The position numbers and the translations under genes were made by a program. From positions 116,190,001 to 116,254,000 of the forward strand of contig NW_024704743.1 of NCBI RefSeq assembly GCF_018977255.1: a DNA stretch of 64,000 nt, read 5' to 3'. The DNA is from Callorhinchus milii (lineage: Eukaryota). Positions 63,570 through 64,000 of the stretch are shown in pieces (positions within the stretch are counted from its first letter, which is position 1; each line of letters starts with the position of its first letter). Under the pieces are notes generated by a model, which worked only from the letters and a program-made list of their open reading frames with translations, had not been told where the DNA came from and searched no databases.

Positions 63570-64000
63570 AAACATGCAAATGTCACCCCAGAATAGATGA
63601 AGCATGGATACAACTCTGATAAATCTTTGTCCTCGAAGCCCCTTAGGCATTTTTCAGTAGCGTTGACATAGTCGCCAATCAATGAGACAAACAGTGCGTC
63701 CATTACTGTGATTGAGCAGCTTGCATGCGGAGGTCCCAAGGCACTAATGTTTAACTGAACAGGCAGTGCATTTAAACACTTAACGTCCAAATAAATTGAT
63801 CATTCATTTGACAGTGACTTAGGAAGTGGGGGTGTTGGAGAGCATGGAGAGGCTCAAGGAAGTGGGACTGAAGAATCTGCTGCGATAATAATAATAATAT
63901 TAATATCAATATCCCCCAGCACTGCACTGGAGGTCAGCCTATTCTGTGAGCTCAAAGACATAACATGGGCTTGCATTACAGTTATGTTCAGCCTTATTCT

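Noticed and set aside
8300..63570. Recurring tccttgcatttgatatagcgcc motif as a CRISPR-like array
   Set aside because: Dispersed on both strands with irregular spacing and variable divergence; these are SINE and L2 tails in a vertebrate intron, with no cas genes
1..64000. Short ORFs in the six-frame track as independent genes
   Set aside because: They are SINE or LINE translations (the same peptides recur), low-complexity sequence, or read-through of PTPRM exons; none shows its own gene structure

Overview
Vertebrate genomic DNA from the middle of a receptor-type tyrosine phosphatase mu (PTPRM) gene on the + strand. The repeat landscape (Deu-domain tRNA SINEs, L2 and CR1 LINEs) suggests a cartilaginous fish, possibly a holocephalan; this is inference. 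Ten coding exons with canonical AG/GT ends and consistent phases reconstruct the transmembrane helix, juxtamembrane region and start of phosphatase domain D1: [46 protein letters not shown][RSYQSYTYYL]KLAKKRKETLSSTRQEMTVMVNSMDKSYTEQGTNCDEAFSFVDTHNLNGRAISSPSSFTMKSSTLKSSSVQNYYP[DPFVPTAIL][VPIN][131 protein letters not shown]. Brackets mark 30, 27 and 12 nt frame-preserving microexons. The introns are packed with SINEs, dead or truncated LINEs, MITE-like elements and microsatellites; only representative copies are listed and repeat boundaries are approximate. The best leads are a candidate stop-containing exon giving a phosphatase-less receptor ending in a CaaX-like DVKYCGLL*, a candidate 15-nt GC-AG microexon (SASFLR), and a SINE/L2 pair sharing a 3' stem-loop. 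I see no convincing evidence of a wholly new gene system. Almost all entries in the ORF track are chance ORFs or retroelement remnants.
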